A stretch of 64,000 bases of DNA from Patescibacteria group bacterium (GTDB lineage: Bacteria; Patescibacteriota; Saccharimonadia; Saccharimonadales; JAZKJC01): contig JAZKJC010000008.1 in NCBI GenBank assembly GCA_040384565.1, positions 18,049 through 82,048 on the forward strand. Direction: 5' to 3'. Below, in pieces: positions 1 to 8,173 of this stretch (the first letter of the stretch is position 1; the number at the start of each line of letters is the position of its first letter). The position numbers and the translations under genes are program-made. A model generated the notes under the pieces. That model made no database searches. It was not told the origin of the DNA and was given only the letters and a program-made list of their open reading frames with translations.

Positions 1-865
1 GGATGGCCTCCGCACCGCCGGTTATTTCCGCCAGTTCTTGGGTGATTGCAGCCTGGCGCGCCGTGTTAAATTCTAGTGTTAAATCATCAATGATGTCGCT
101 GGCGTTATCGGTGGCGTTTTTCATGGCCAGCATACGCATTGAGTGCTCACTTGCCAAACTTTCCAGCAGCGCCTGCCAGATCTGCACTTCCAAAAGCCGT
201 TCTGTAACACTGTCCAGCACTACTTCTATAGATGGTTCAAAAGTTGTGTTGCTGAGTGTGTTTTCTGCTTCGTCGGATTCGTCAAACCTAGCAGGTAGCA
301 GTGGCATTGCCGTAGCAATTTGGACTAAATTGGACTTAAACTGGGTATATAGCACCTTGACGTCATCTATTTCCCGATCTCTGTACATATCTGAAGCAGT
401 GTTCAGAATTGGCCGAATATCGTTAGCGGTAGGGTGATCTGGAAGCTCAGTGTAGGCCGCAATAAGATCAATAGCCGTGACACGACGAGCAAATTTGGCG
501 CCTTGTTTGCCAACTGCTACAACCTGGCTTTTGATACCAGCTTTTTCATCCTCAATTATTGCTCGGGTGAGCATGCGGATGATGTTGGAGTTATAGGCAC
601 CAGCTAGCGTACTGTTACTTGTAATTACTACGTAAAGACGCTTTTTGACAGGGCGCGTAACAAACAGCGGGTGTTCGCTAACTTCCGTAATTGCGCTTAA
701 ACGTGTTAACAGGGAGTAAGCAAACTCACGGTAAGTCCGCCCAGCCAACGCGTACTCTTGCGCTCGACGCATTTTGCTAGCCGCCACCAATTGCATAGCC
801 TTAGTAATCTGCTTGGTGTTTTTGACGGAATTGATCCGACGTTTTAGGGTGATTGTATTAGCCAC
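1..865 (-). CDS. atpG: F0F1 ATP synthase gamma subunit; GTG start at 865, extreme C-terminus runs off the window start
   Basis: The minus-strand translation from 865 begins VANTITLKRRINSVKNTKQITKAMQLVAASKMRRAQEYALAGR, a typical gamma N-terminus, and ends ...ELAEITGGAEAI at the window edge. A GGAGG sequence sits 8 nt upstream of the GTG. It is absent from the ORF track because it is truncated. Confidence 0.8.
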   Translation of the reverse strand, partial: MANTITLKRRINSVKNTKQITKAMQLVAASKMRRAQEYALAGRTYREFAYSLLTRLSAITEVSEHPLFVTRPVKKRLYVVITSNSTLAGAYNSNIIRMLTRAIIEDEKAGIKSQVVAVGKQGAKFARRVTAIDLIAAYTELPDHPTANDIRPILNTASDMYRDREIDDVKVLYTQFKSNLVQIATAMPLLPARFDESDEAENTLSNTTFEPSIEVVLDSVTERLLEVQIWQALLESLASEHSMRMLAMKNATDNASDIIDDLTLEFNTARQAAITQELAEITGGAEAI

Positions 866-885
866 GCGGAGCCGCCTCCGGCAGC

Positions 886-915
886 GGAGAGAGGAGAGAG
901 GAGAGAGGAGAGAGG
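886..915. repeat. (GGAGAGA)x4 heptanucleotide tandem repeat in the 5' leader of atpG
   Basis: The tandem copies were read directly: ggagaga ggagaga ggagaga ggagaga. On the minus strand this is a polypyrimidine tract just upstream of the atpG RBS. Confidence 0.9.
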
Positions 916-919
916 AAGA

Positions 920-1378
920 TCATAATTGCCCCTTTAGTTTGACGCCGGTTTCTTTGGCAATTTGCTCGATCCATTGCTGCATACGGGCAAGTTGGCGGTC
1001 GCGCGCAATGTTTTCCTGTTCGTAATCATCAATCCGCTTTATGAAATTATCAATAGAATTCATGAGCCTTTCCATACTACCTTCAAGTTTATCTATGCGC
1101 GACTCAAGCCGTTCAAAACGAGCCTCCATTTTGAATTCCAAGACATCAAACTTTTGATCCATTTTCTGAAATCGCTGATCCATTTTTTCAAATCGGTGAT
1201 CGACCTGACCAGAAAAATCACGAATAACACCAGCTATATCATCAACAATTGTTTTTGATGTTTTCTCCAATGCCCTATCAAGCGTGGACTGGGTTATTGC
1301 TGGGTCATTCACCTTATTCATACCTGTTATTATACTCCATAGCCTTTGTGATTTGCTCCGTGTTAATGACAAAGCCAA
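920..1378 (-). CDS. hypothetical coiled-coil protein with an internal RFEKMDQ repeat, inserted between atpA and atpG
   Basis: 152-aa ORF rich in heptad-like charged repeats (RFEKMDQRFQKMDQKFDVLEFKMEARFERLESRIDKLEGSMERL). No catalytic motif recognised. Confidence 0.45.
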   Translation of the reverse strand: MALSLTRSKSQRLWSIITGMNKVNDPAITQSTLDRALEKTSKTIVDDIAGVIRDFSGQVDHRFEKMDQRFQKMDQKFDVLEFKMEARFERLESRIDKLEGSMERLMNSIDNFIKRIDDYEQENIARDRQLARMQQWIEQIAKETGVKLKGQL

Positions 1379-1413
1379 TTCGTCGGCGCTTAAGAGTAAT
1401 TGTATTAGACACG
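1340..1413 (-). pseudogene. degenerate duplicate of the atpG 5' end (about 25 codons)
   Basis: Minus-strand translation from the GTG at 1413 gives VSNTITLKRRRIGFVINTEQITKAMEYNNRYE*. The true atpG start reads VANTITLKRRINSVKNTKQITKAMQLV. The nucleotide motif attgtattagMcacg occurs at both 850-866 and 1395-1413. Confidence 0.6.
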
Positions 1414-1761
1414 GCTTGGAACCTCTAGTGCTTCATATGCTACCTGACAGACCTGTGTGACTAAGCTCTTTAGCGCTGGTGAGCTCCGTCCAAATACTAG
1501 CGTCGCCCTAATGTAACGTATTCTAGCTTCCGCAAGGGTTTCTGGTAAATCAGAACCTAAATACGCTAATGCATGCTCCTGAAACTTCGGTTCGAATGGA
1601 TCTAAGCCCCCGTCTCCAAGCAGACATGCTGTCGCTAAATCAGCTGTCACATCTTTGGCGGATTGAAGCAAAAATGTACTAGGGTCTAGGCTGCCAAAAT
1701 AAGGTTCCACTAATCCGTCTACAACTGCGTGTCGTGGTGGAACTTCCTGAAACAACGACAT
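1405..1761 (-). CDS. hypothetical protein (118 aa) encoded immediately after atpA
   Basis: ORF start lies 4 nt after the atpA stop, on the same strand. No recognisable domain. It occupies the slot where atpG normally follows atpA directly. Confidence 0.4.
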   Translation of the reverse strand: MSLFQEVPPRHAVVDGLVEPYFGSLDPSTFLLQSAKDVTADLATACLLGDGGLDPFEPKFQEHALAYLGSDLPETLAEARIRYIRATLVFGRSSPALKSLVTQVCQVAYEALEVPSRV

Positions 1762-1764
1762 ATA

Positions 1765-3312
1765 TTACTTAGCCTCCGCCTTTTCTTCAGGTTTATAGCT
1801 TACTGCTATCTTGTTAGCCAGGTCTATTATCATCTTCTGAACTTTTTCGTCTGGTTCGTCGCCTTTGTTGATGGCCTCAACTTCTTTGGCGTGGTCGTGC
1901 TTTAGCTCAATTAACAGGTTTGCCTCCGCGGTTTTGACTTTATCTAACGGGACTTTATCAAAACAACCGTTACTGGCTGCCAGTAGCGTGGCGTACATTT
2001 GCCAAACAGAGTATGGGCTGTACTGTGGTTGTTTGAGCAGTTCTGTCAGGCGCTGGCCACGCTCAATCCGGTGGCGGGTTTCGGCATCTAGATCGGTAGA
2101 AAACTGACTAAAAGCTGCTAATTCGCGGAATTGTGCCAGCTCAATTCGGAGGGACTTGGCAACTGATTTAACAGCTTTAGTCTGGGCGGAACTACCCACA
2201 CGGGACACTGACAAACCAACCGAAATTGCTGGCCTGATACCCTGATAGAACAAGTTTGTTTCCATGAAAATCTGGCCATCGGTAATACTAATGACGTTGG
2301 TAGGAATATAGGCGCTAATATCCCCAGCTTGAGTTTCGATAATTGGCAGGGCAGTGAGGCTACCAGCTCCAAGTTCGTCAGATAGTTTGGCAGCACGCTC
2401 CAGTAAACGAGAGTGCAGGTAAAATACATCACCAGGATAAGCTTCGCGGCCCGGTGGGCGGCGCAGTAGCAAGGACATCTGCCTATATGCAGCGGCGTGC
2501 TTGGTCAAATCATCGTAGATTATCAGAGCATGCTGCTTGTTGTCACGGAAATATTCGCCCATAGCAGTACCAGCGTATGGAGCCAGATATTGCAAGCTAG
2601 CCGGATCTGCTGCGCTGGTAGCGACTACTATAGTTTGATCCATAACACCCTCACGCTTGAGGCGTTCAACCAATCGGGCAACTTTGCTTAGCTTTTGGCC
2701 AATTGCAACATAAATGTTGATAACCCCAGTAGTTTGGCGATGCTGGTTAATCATTGTGTCTACAGCAACAGCGGTTTTACCGGTTTGACGATCTCCAATT
2801 ATAAGCTCACGTTGGCCACGCCCAATTGGCACCATGGCATCAATGGCAGTCAGGCCGGTCATCATTGGTTCATGCACGCTTTTGCGGGCGAGTACACCTG
2901 GAGCTGTGCGTTCGACACGGCTTACTTGGGTAGACTTTATGGCACCTTTGCCGTCCAGCGGGCGGCCTAACGGGTCAACCACGCGGCCGACAAGTTCTGG
3001 CCCAACCGGTACTTCAAGCACCTTGCCAGTCCGTTTAGCACTGGCACCAGCTTTGATAAGCGTATCGTCCCCTAGTAGCACGGCACCGATTTCGTCCTCA
3101 CCCAGGTTAAAGGCAAAGGCTGTCATGGTTGTGCCATCAGTTGTATTAATGTCTATCATCTCAGAATAGCCACACTTAGTAAGGCCGTACAGCCATACCA
3201 CGCCATCGCCTACGCGTGTTACCACGCCAACTTCTTCTATTTCAGGCTGTTTTTTTAGCTCGGATATTGCTGCTCGGATATCGGCTGACAGTTCAGCAAT
3301 AGATATATTCAT
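1765..3312 (-). CDS. atpA: F0F1 ATP synthase alpha subunit
   Basis: 515 aa carrying the Walker A motif GDRQTGKTA plus other strongly conserved alpha-subunit blocks ([22 protein letters not shown]). Confidence 0.95.
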   Translation of the reverse strand: MNISIAELSADIRAAISELKKQPEIEEVGVVTRVGDGVVWLYGLTKCGYSEMIDINTTDGTTMTAFAFNLGEDEIGAVLLGDDTLIKAGASAKRTGKVLEVPVGPELVGRVVDPLGRPLDGKGAIKSTQVSRVERTAPGVLARKSVHEPMMTGLTAIDAMVPIGRGQRELIIGDRQTGKTAVAVDTMINQHRQTTGVINIYVAIGQKLSKVARLVERLKREGVMDQTIVVATSAADPASLQYLAPYAGTAMGEYFRDNKQHALIIYDDLTKHAAAYRQMSLLLRRPPGREAYPGDVFYLHSRLLERAAKLSDELGAGSLTALPIIETQAGDISAYIPTNVISITDGQIFMETNLFYQGIRPAISVGLSVSRVGSSAQTKAVKSVAKSLRIELAQFRELAAFSQFSTDLDAETRHRIERGQRLTELLKQPQYSPYSVWQMYATLLAASNGCFDKVPLDKVKTAEANLLIELKHDHAKEVEAINKGDEPDEKVQKMIIDLANKIAVSYKPEEKAEAK

Positions 3313-3716
3313 AGGGATCCTCCCGCGCCAGTTAAGGTCTTAAATTTAGATAATTTTGCCTTAATTGTCATATCCAGCTGTTGGTTTGGCATATCTATTT
3401 TGATCCCTCCAATCACGGCAGCGTCATGCACCTGATTCAAGCTAATATTTTTAGCTTTTGGATAAGCGGACTTTAGCCATTGCTTAACGTCTTGTAACAC
3501 CTCGTCCTCAACTTGGTGAGCAGTAACAACATCTGCTTCTAAAATACCGTGTTCCTGACGATATTGCATAACATCACGCAAGATAGATTCCAGCTCGGCG
3601 GTTCGGCCTTCTGTCAGCAGATAAGCGGCAATTTCGCGCGCCAACGTCTTGGTATCACTCGTCTCAAGAGTGCGTTTAGCAATCACTTGAGCCAGTACGT
3701 GTCGTGGAACCCTCAT
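3309..3716 (-). CDS. atpH: F0F1 ATP synthase delta (OSCP) subunit, short form
   Basis: 135-aa ORF between atpF and atpA, overlapping the atpA start by 4 nt, with the helical character of OSCP/delta. The call rests on position and composition. Confidence 0.7.
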   Translation of the reverse strand: MRVPRHVLAQVIAKRTLETSDTKTLAREIAAYLLTEGRTAELESILRDVMQYRQEHGILEADVVTAHQVEDEVLQDVKQWLKSAYPKAKNISLNQVHDAAVIGGIKIDMPNQQLDMTIKAKLSKFKTLTGAGGSL

Positions 3717-3732
3717 GCGCGTGCCTCGCAGT

Positions 3733-3760
3733 CAACAGCAAACAGTAAACAGTAAACAGT
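3733..3760. repeat. (AAACAGT)x3 heptanucleotide tandem repeat, atpF-atpH intergenic
   Basis: Read directly: caacagc aaacagt aaacagt aaacagt. Confidence 0.85.
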
Positions 3761-3776
3761 TGAGGCAATGTTTTTT

Positions 3777-3804
3777 AAGCTGTAAGCTGTAAGCTGTAAG
3801 CTGT
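3777..3804. repeat. (AAGCTGT)x4 heptanucleotide tandem repeat, atpF-atpH intergenic
   Basis: Read directly: aagctgt x4, immediately upstream of the atpF stop region. Confidence 0.9.
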
Positions 3805-3807
3805 TCA

Positions 3808-4344
3808 CTATTTCCTCCCTTTCAGGGCTTTGTCTATAAGCTTAGAATCTTTGGTGGCATCAACTTTTTCCTCTACGATTGCCTCGGTGGCTTCAGACAC
3901 AATACCTACAATTTCTTTTTCCAGCTTGCGCTTGGCTTGCTCGGTTTCCTCATTTATGCGGGCTTCAGCATCCTTGAGCATGGTATCAACTTTGCGTTGG
4001 CCGACCTTTTCGGCTTCTCGGATAATTTCTCGGGCTTCTTTTTGGCCATTGCCAATAATTTTGTCAGCTTCAATACGCGCGTCACGCATAACCTGGGTGA
4101 TTTCGGAATCTAATTTAGCTCGCTCTTTTTCCATGCGCTGGCCCAGCTTTACACCGTCTTCAATAGTCTTTCGTCGTTCCACGAGCATTTTAGTAATAGG
4201 CTTAAACGCAAATCTCTTAAGAATTAAAAACACCAGAGTAAAGGTAATCAATTGGAAAATCAGGCTCTTAGCATCTACACCCAAAGCCGCTAATGGTGAG
4301 GCTTCAGCTGAAGCTTCTTCAACTGCAAAAAACATTCCTATCAT
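3808..4344 (-). CDS. atpF: F0F1 ATP synthase subunit b
   Basis: 178 aa with an N-terminal TM helix followed by a long charged helix (AEAREIIREAEKVGQRK...), typical of subunit b. Operon position supports it. Confidence 0.85.
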   Translation of the reverse strand: MIGMFFAVEEASAEASPLAALGVDAKSLIFQLITFTLVFLILKRFAFKPITKMLVERRKTIEDGVKLGQRMEKERAKLDSEITQVMRDARIEADKIIGNGQKEAREIIREAEKVGQRKVDTMLKDAEARINEETEQAKRKLEKEIVGIVSEATEAIVEEKVDATKDSKLIDKALKGRK

Positions 4345-4362
4345 GCAGATCCTTTCCGGGTG

Positions 4363-4599
4363 TTACTTAATAATGAAGACACTGGCGAATACGAGTAACG
4401 CCATCAGCTCGATAATAGCGATAATCACCAAAATCTGACCTAGGTACTTGGAAGCTTCCGGGTTACGGCCAACGGCTGTCATGAAAGCGTTTCCAATCAA
4501 GCCAATACCAATAGCTGGCCCGATCATACCAAAGCCCATCATTATGCCCTTGGCTAATACGGCAGTGTTAATTGCGTCTTCTGCGGCAAAATAAAACAT
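4363..4599 (-). CDS. atpE: F0F1 ATP synthase subunit c (proteolipid)
   Basis: 78-aa two-helix hairpin. The GxGxGxG-like helix-1 motif (IGPAIGIGLIGN) and the conserved carboxylate region (IAIIELMAL) are both present. Confidence 0.9.
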   Translation of the reverse strand: MFYFAAEDAINTAVLAKGIMMGFGMIGPAIGIGLIGNAFMTAVGRNPEASKYLGQILVIIAIIELMALLVFASVFIIK

Positions 4600-4621
4600 T
4601 TATATCTCCTTACTTAATTTA

Positions 4622-5470
4622 CTAATTAGCTGCACTACCAACCTCGTCTTTGACTACTTTCTCGACAGTTAGGTGGTCATCCGGTGATTCATGAGCGTCA
4701 TGCTCGCCGTGCTTAACAGCAACAGCAAGGTACATAACCGTCAACATGACAAATATATAAGCTTGGAGTGCGCCAACCATCAACTCCAGAATAGTAAATG
4801 GCAGGGCCGTTATTGGTCCTGCCAGTCCGCCGAGCGTAGAGAATACGGCAATAATAATTTCACCTATCGCCACATTCAAAAACAGTCGCAAGGCTAGGCT
4901 GGCAATACGCGTAACGTCGCTAAACATTTCAAAAATTCCCAGAAGTAGTGTCAAAGGATTTTTAAGGCTGCCATTAAAATAATGGCGCAAATGCCTGCCA
5001 ATGCCAGATTCCTTGATGGCAAAGTACTGAATCAGCAGCCAGCTAATAATGGCCGCGGCCAATGTACCATTCAGATCTGCCGTAAATGGCCGCGCCAGAG
5101 GTTGACCGTTAGAAGTAAACGCCTCACCAACTCCAGGCAGTAGCCCCAACCAGTTAGTGAGCATGATAAAGAAGAATATAGACACAAAATATGGGGCGTA
5201 TTTGACCGCCTTGGCTTCGCTACCCATAGAACTTCTAAGCAAGTCGGTAATAAAATCCGTGCCAGCCTCTACCAGCTGAGTAACGCCCCCCTTGGGCAGA
5301 AGTGTCATCCGGCGGGCTACGGTAACTAGCAAAGTTATGATGATGATAGAGCAAACTACTCCGTACAGCATAGAATTGGTGATAGGAAAGCCATTGATAT
5401 AAAACACCGTCAAAGGCGTAATGTGTACCACTGGCTCAATAGCAAAATTGGAAATCAAGGAACTAAACAC
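4622..5470 (-). CDS. atpB: F0F1 ATP synthase subunit a
   Basis: 282-aa polytopic membrane protein upstream of atpE. It carries the conserved Arg-containing helix (LALRLFLNVAIGEII). Confidence 0.85.
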   Translation of the reverse strand: MFSSLISNFAIEPVVHITPLTVFYINGFPITNSMLYGVVCSIIIITLLVTVARRMTLLPKGGVTQLVEAGTDFITDLLRSSMGSEAKAVKYAPYFVSIFFFIMLTNWLGLLPGVGEAFTSNGQPLARPFTADLNGTLAAAIISWLLIQYFAIKESGIGRHLRHYFNGSLKNPLTLLLGIFEMFSDVTRIASLALRLFLNVAIGEIIIAVFSTLGGLAGPITALPFTILELMVGALQAYIFVMLTVMYLAVAVKHGEHDAHESPDDHLTVEKVVKDEVGSAAN

Positions 5471-5783
5471 GCTTTAACCTCCTAGTCCGTTTCTTGGACT
5501 TAGAGTCTTGTTCTGCTTGTTCTTGATTGACTTCCTTGATAGTCGCCCATACGGCGGCGCAACCAGCCACTGTGGCAATCATAAGACCAAGTAGAGTAAA
5601 CGATGGCGCGCTTTTGAAACGCTCATCAATCTTGACGCCTGCCACAATAGGGATAACAACAGTTACCGCCAAGCGAAATCCCATATTAGTAGTGGCCGCC
5701 AAAAATTGACGTTTAGCAGACAGTGCAATAATATTTTGCTCCAAGCTATCAATACTAGTCGTCTTAGCGGCGGCTTTCCTCAT
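5463..5783 (-). CDS. AtpI/AtpZ-like small membrane protein at the head of the atp operon
   Basis: 106 aa, two TM helices, overlaps the atpB start. Position matches atpI. Confidence 0.45.
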   Translation of the reverse strand: MRKAAAKTTSIDSLEQNIIALSAKRQFLAATTNMGFRLAVTVVIPIVAGVKIDERFKSAPSFTLLGLMIATVAGCAAVWATIKEVNQEQAEQDSKSKKRTRRLKRV

Positions 5784-5881
5784 CTACAGAGTATAGTATC
5801 AAATTAACAGATCACCCACAACCCCCCTTGGTTAAAAAGCTGAATATTGATAGGGCACTAGCGCAAAGCCGTTTTTAATTT

Positions 5882-6547
5882 TTGCATATGGACGTGTTTT
5901 GTAGCAGAATTAAGATCAACGTAGAAACTAATTGGAATGTTATGACTGAACTTGCGAGACCTATTGTGTGGGTGGATATGGACGGTGTGCTTGCTGATTT
6001 TGGGCAGGGCGTTGAGCTAGAACTGCCACCACACATTCCAATCGTCCGACCCCGTAAGAATTTATATCTTGATCTTGATTATCCCGAATATTCAGCAGTT
6101 GTTTTGGGCATAATTAGAGCTCCGGGATTTTACAGAAAGTTGCCACCCATAGAAAGCGCACTAGAAGGTTGGCAACGCTTAATAGATCTTGAGTATGATC
6201 CGCGGGTATTGTCGTCTCCCCTGCAAGCCAATCCCGCTTGCAGTACAGAAAAGCGGGATTGGCTAAAATCACACTTTGTACCACATTTTGGCCGTAAAGT
6301 GGTTGACCAAGCGCTTTTTGTAAAAGATAAGTCAAGCCAAAGAGGCATTGCACTAATAGATGACCATCCTGCCATACCTGGCGCCGAAGCCGCCGACTGG
6401 CAGCACCTTGTTTTTGACCAACCCTATAATGCGCAGGTTGAAACAGAGTTCCGTTTGCACGGGTGGAATGATCCACAGCTGCCCGAGTTATTAGAAAGAG
6501 CCCGTAACATCCAACGCCTTGGCTACATGGCACTACACCGTACATGA
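5882..6547 (+). CDS. HAD-superfamily 5'(3')-deoxyribonucleotidase-like (NT5C family). The true start is probably the internal Met near 5942
   Basis: VWVDMDGVLADF is HAD motif I in the NT5C arrangement. Confidence 0.6.
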   Translation: MHMDVFCSRIKINVETNWNVMTELARPIVWVDMDGVLADFGQGVELELPPHIPIVRPRKNLYLDLDYPEYSAVVLGIIRAPGFYRKLPPIESALEGWQRLIDLEYDPRVLSSPLQANPACSTEKRDWLKSHFVPHFGRKVVDQALFVKDKSSQRGIALIDDHPAIPGAEAADWQHLVFDQPYNAQVETEFRLHGWNDPQLPELLERARNIQRLGYMALHRT

Positions 6548-6568
6548 AAGTTTTAAATTTAAGATTAA

Positions 6569-6826
6569 TTGTGTTTTAATAAAGTTATGCCTCGACATTT
6601 TGGTTGGCCTGATCTACCTCCGCCACCAGATCGCTCGGATTGCTTGCCAATCCGAGCAAGAGAAGATGTGATGTTAGCGTTAGCCAGACATACGTTACCA
6701 CCTATTAATCCAGAACTCGTAGATCATATCCTCGGTCATGCTCCTTGTGCTGACGAATTTGAAGTTATCAGCTCTAATCCTGATATGCACGATGCTTTAC
6801 GGAAAGCCGAAGCACCAGATTACTAA
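6569..6826 (+). CDS. hypothetical protein (85 aa)
   Basis: ORF only. Confidence 0.3.
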   Translation: MCFNKVMPRHFGWPDLPPPPDRSDCLPIRAREDVMLALARHTLPPINPELVDHILGHAPCADEFEVISSNPDMHDALRKAEAPDY

Positions 6827-7108
6827 TTCAACAAATCTACGATGGATTTGACGATCGACTTAATTCAAAACTGAGTGAGGCTTTAATGAAGAGTACTCTT
6901 TATCATAGGTGTTATTTTGTAATAGTCAGCTTTATGAAGTTTTGCATTTTGTGACTCGATCTCTAACGGATATGCTAATAACACTAAACTAGGCCCGAGT
7001 TTCGCATTTAGCCACTGGTTTCAGATGCGACTAAGAGGGAATCGAAAAGTGCGAAACACATGTCAGAGCAAACTCTCATCTATCCAAACATAATCCACCC
7101 CTATAATT

Positions 7109-7148
7109 CCTACAACTTTTTAATGCGATCGCATTAAAAAGTTGTAGG
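7109..7148. promoter_or_regulatory. perfect 40-nt palindrome cctacaactttttaatgcgatcgcattaaaaagttgtagg abutting the stop of the 7149..7754 gene
   Basis: Read directly and perfectly self-complementary. A near-identical copy lies at 7750..7785. Confidence 0.85.
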
Positions 7149-7754
7149 TTAGGATGTTTTAAGAAGTTGCTTGAACCGGGCACGTAGTAGCTCTTCATTA
7201 TCAATCTTTGCTATTTCGATCAGTGTTACATAGTGACGAATTTCCAGTACATGGCACACGGCTTCTATCTCAGCCCGGCATGGGAAGGGGTACACCCAAA
7301 TACTGATTTGCAGTTGCCGGAAGCCAAGTTGCTTAAGTTTAAGATTTAAAGAGTTTCGCTTAGCACGTTCTTTCTCCGGAATATCAAAAAATACGAGGCG
7401 CCACATCTTATCCCATCTAGTTTGATATGGAATTTCCATGTTCTCAAAATTTGATTTGCGCAAACGATCCCTGCCAGCTTTTGTAAGTTTTATGCCATGC
7501 CCATAATCATGTGAGTCGTATTTGATCAGACCTTTTTGTTTCATGTAGCCCATAATTCGTCTCAACTCACGTTCACGTTGACGCTTATCGAGTCCTTTTA
7601 TCAGCTTATTGAGCGGTTTATCAAAGATTTGAACAGCGTTCGGAGCAATTACTATCGTGGTGATAAACCCACCAGCTGCAACAAACTTAAGAATTCCATC
7701 AATAATTGCTGCAGTCGTGTCCTTAGTACGTATAGTCACATATATATAATACAA
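7149..7754 (-). CDS. PaaX-C/Cas2-fold-like putative regulator (201 aa). TTG start as drawn, so the true start is uncertain
   Basis: The C-terminal block WDKMWRLVFFDIPEKERAKRNSLNLKLKQLGFRQLQISIWVYP resembles the PaaX C-terminal, Cas2-like domain. Confidence 0.45.
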   Translation of the reverse strand: MYYIYVTIRTKDTTAAIIDGILKFVAAGGFITTIVIAPNAVQIFDKPLNKLIKGLDKRQRERELRRIMGYMKQKGLIKYDSHDYGHGIKLTKAGRDRLRKSNFENMEIPYQTRWDKMWRLVFFDIPEKERAKRNSLNLKLKQLGFRQLQISIWVYPFPCRAEIEAVCHVLEIRHYVTLIEIAKIDNEELLRARFKQLLKTS

Positions 7755-7785
7755 CTTTTCAATGCGATCGCATTGAAAAGTTGTA
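7750..7785. promoter_or_regulatory. perfect 36-nt palindrome tacaacttttcaatgcgatcgcattgaaaagttgta overlapping the start codon of the 7149..7754 gene
   Basis: Same sequence as the 7109..7148 palindrome but with a symmetric T>C and A>G pair of changes that keep it perfectly self-complementary. Confidence 0.85.
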
Positions 7786-7872
7786 GGGATTGATCTGTTG
7801 TGTTTGTGGTTTGTTGTTGTTTTATGGTGTAATTTTTGAGTGATTGTGGTGGGCGCGTGGTATGATTAGCTC

Positions 7873-8109
7873 ATGGTTATTGTTTATTCAGCCGATTGGT
7901 GCGCCTTCTGTCACGCAGCCATGCAATACTTTGACAAGCTGGGCGTGAAATACGAGGAGCGCAACGTGGAGACAAACCCGCAGTATATGCATGAATCCAT
8001 CCAAAAATCCGGCCAAATGGGCATCCCGGTCATTGATATAGACGGAAAAATAATCATTGGGTTCAACCGCCCAGCAATCGACCAAGCCATTTTGGCAAAA
8101 AAATATTGA
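7873..8109 (+). CDS. glutaredoxin-like / NrdH-like redoxin
   Basis: 78 aa with a CxxC active site (WCAFC) in a thioredoxin-fold context (VIVYSADWCAFCH...GIPVIDIDGKIIIGF). Confidence 0.75.
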   Translation: MVIVYSADWCAFCHAAMQYFDKLGVKYEERNVETNPQYMHESIQKSGQMGIPVIDIDGKIIIGFNRPAIDQAILAKKY

Positions 8110-8173
8110 CACGCAAATAGTTATCTAGTATAATATAATCAGATGGTCTCAGTTTATTAAGTGATGATACGCT

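Noticed and set aside
3-437. 144-aa plus-strand ORF at the window start
   Set aside because: It is antisense to the well-supported atpG (gamma subunit) coding sequence on the minus strand. Its low-complexity Ser/Ala-rich translation is typical of an antisense artefact.
3830-4438. 202-aa plus-strand ORF
   Set aside because: Antisense to atpF and atpE. The repetitive S/A/I-rich translation has no motif.
6114-6545. 143-aa and 81-aa minus-strand ORFs
   Set aside because: Both lie inside the HAD-family nucleotidase gene on the opposite strand.
7149-7754. Cas2 proper, implying a CRISPR locus
   Set aside because: The protein is about twice Cas2 size. No cas1 and no repeat-spacer array are nearby. 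The similarity is to the Cas2-like C-terminal domain found in PaaX-family proteins.
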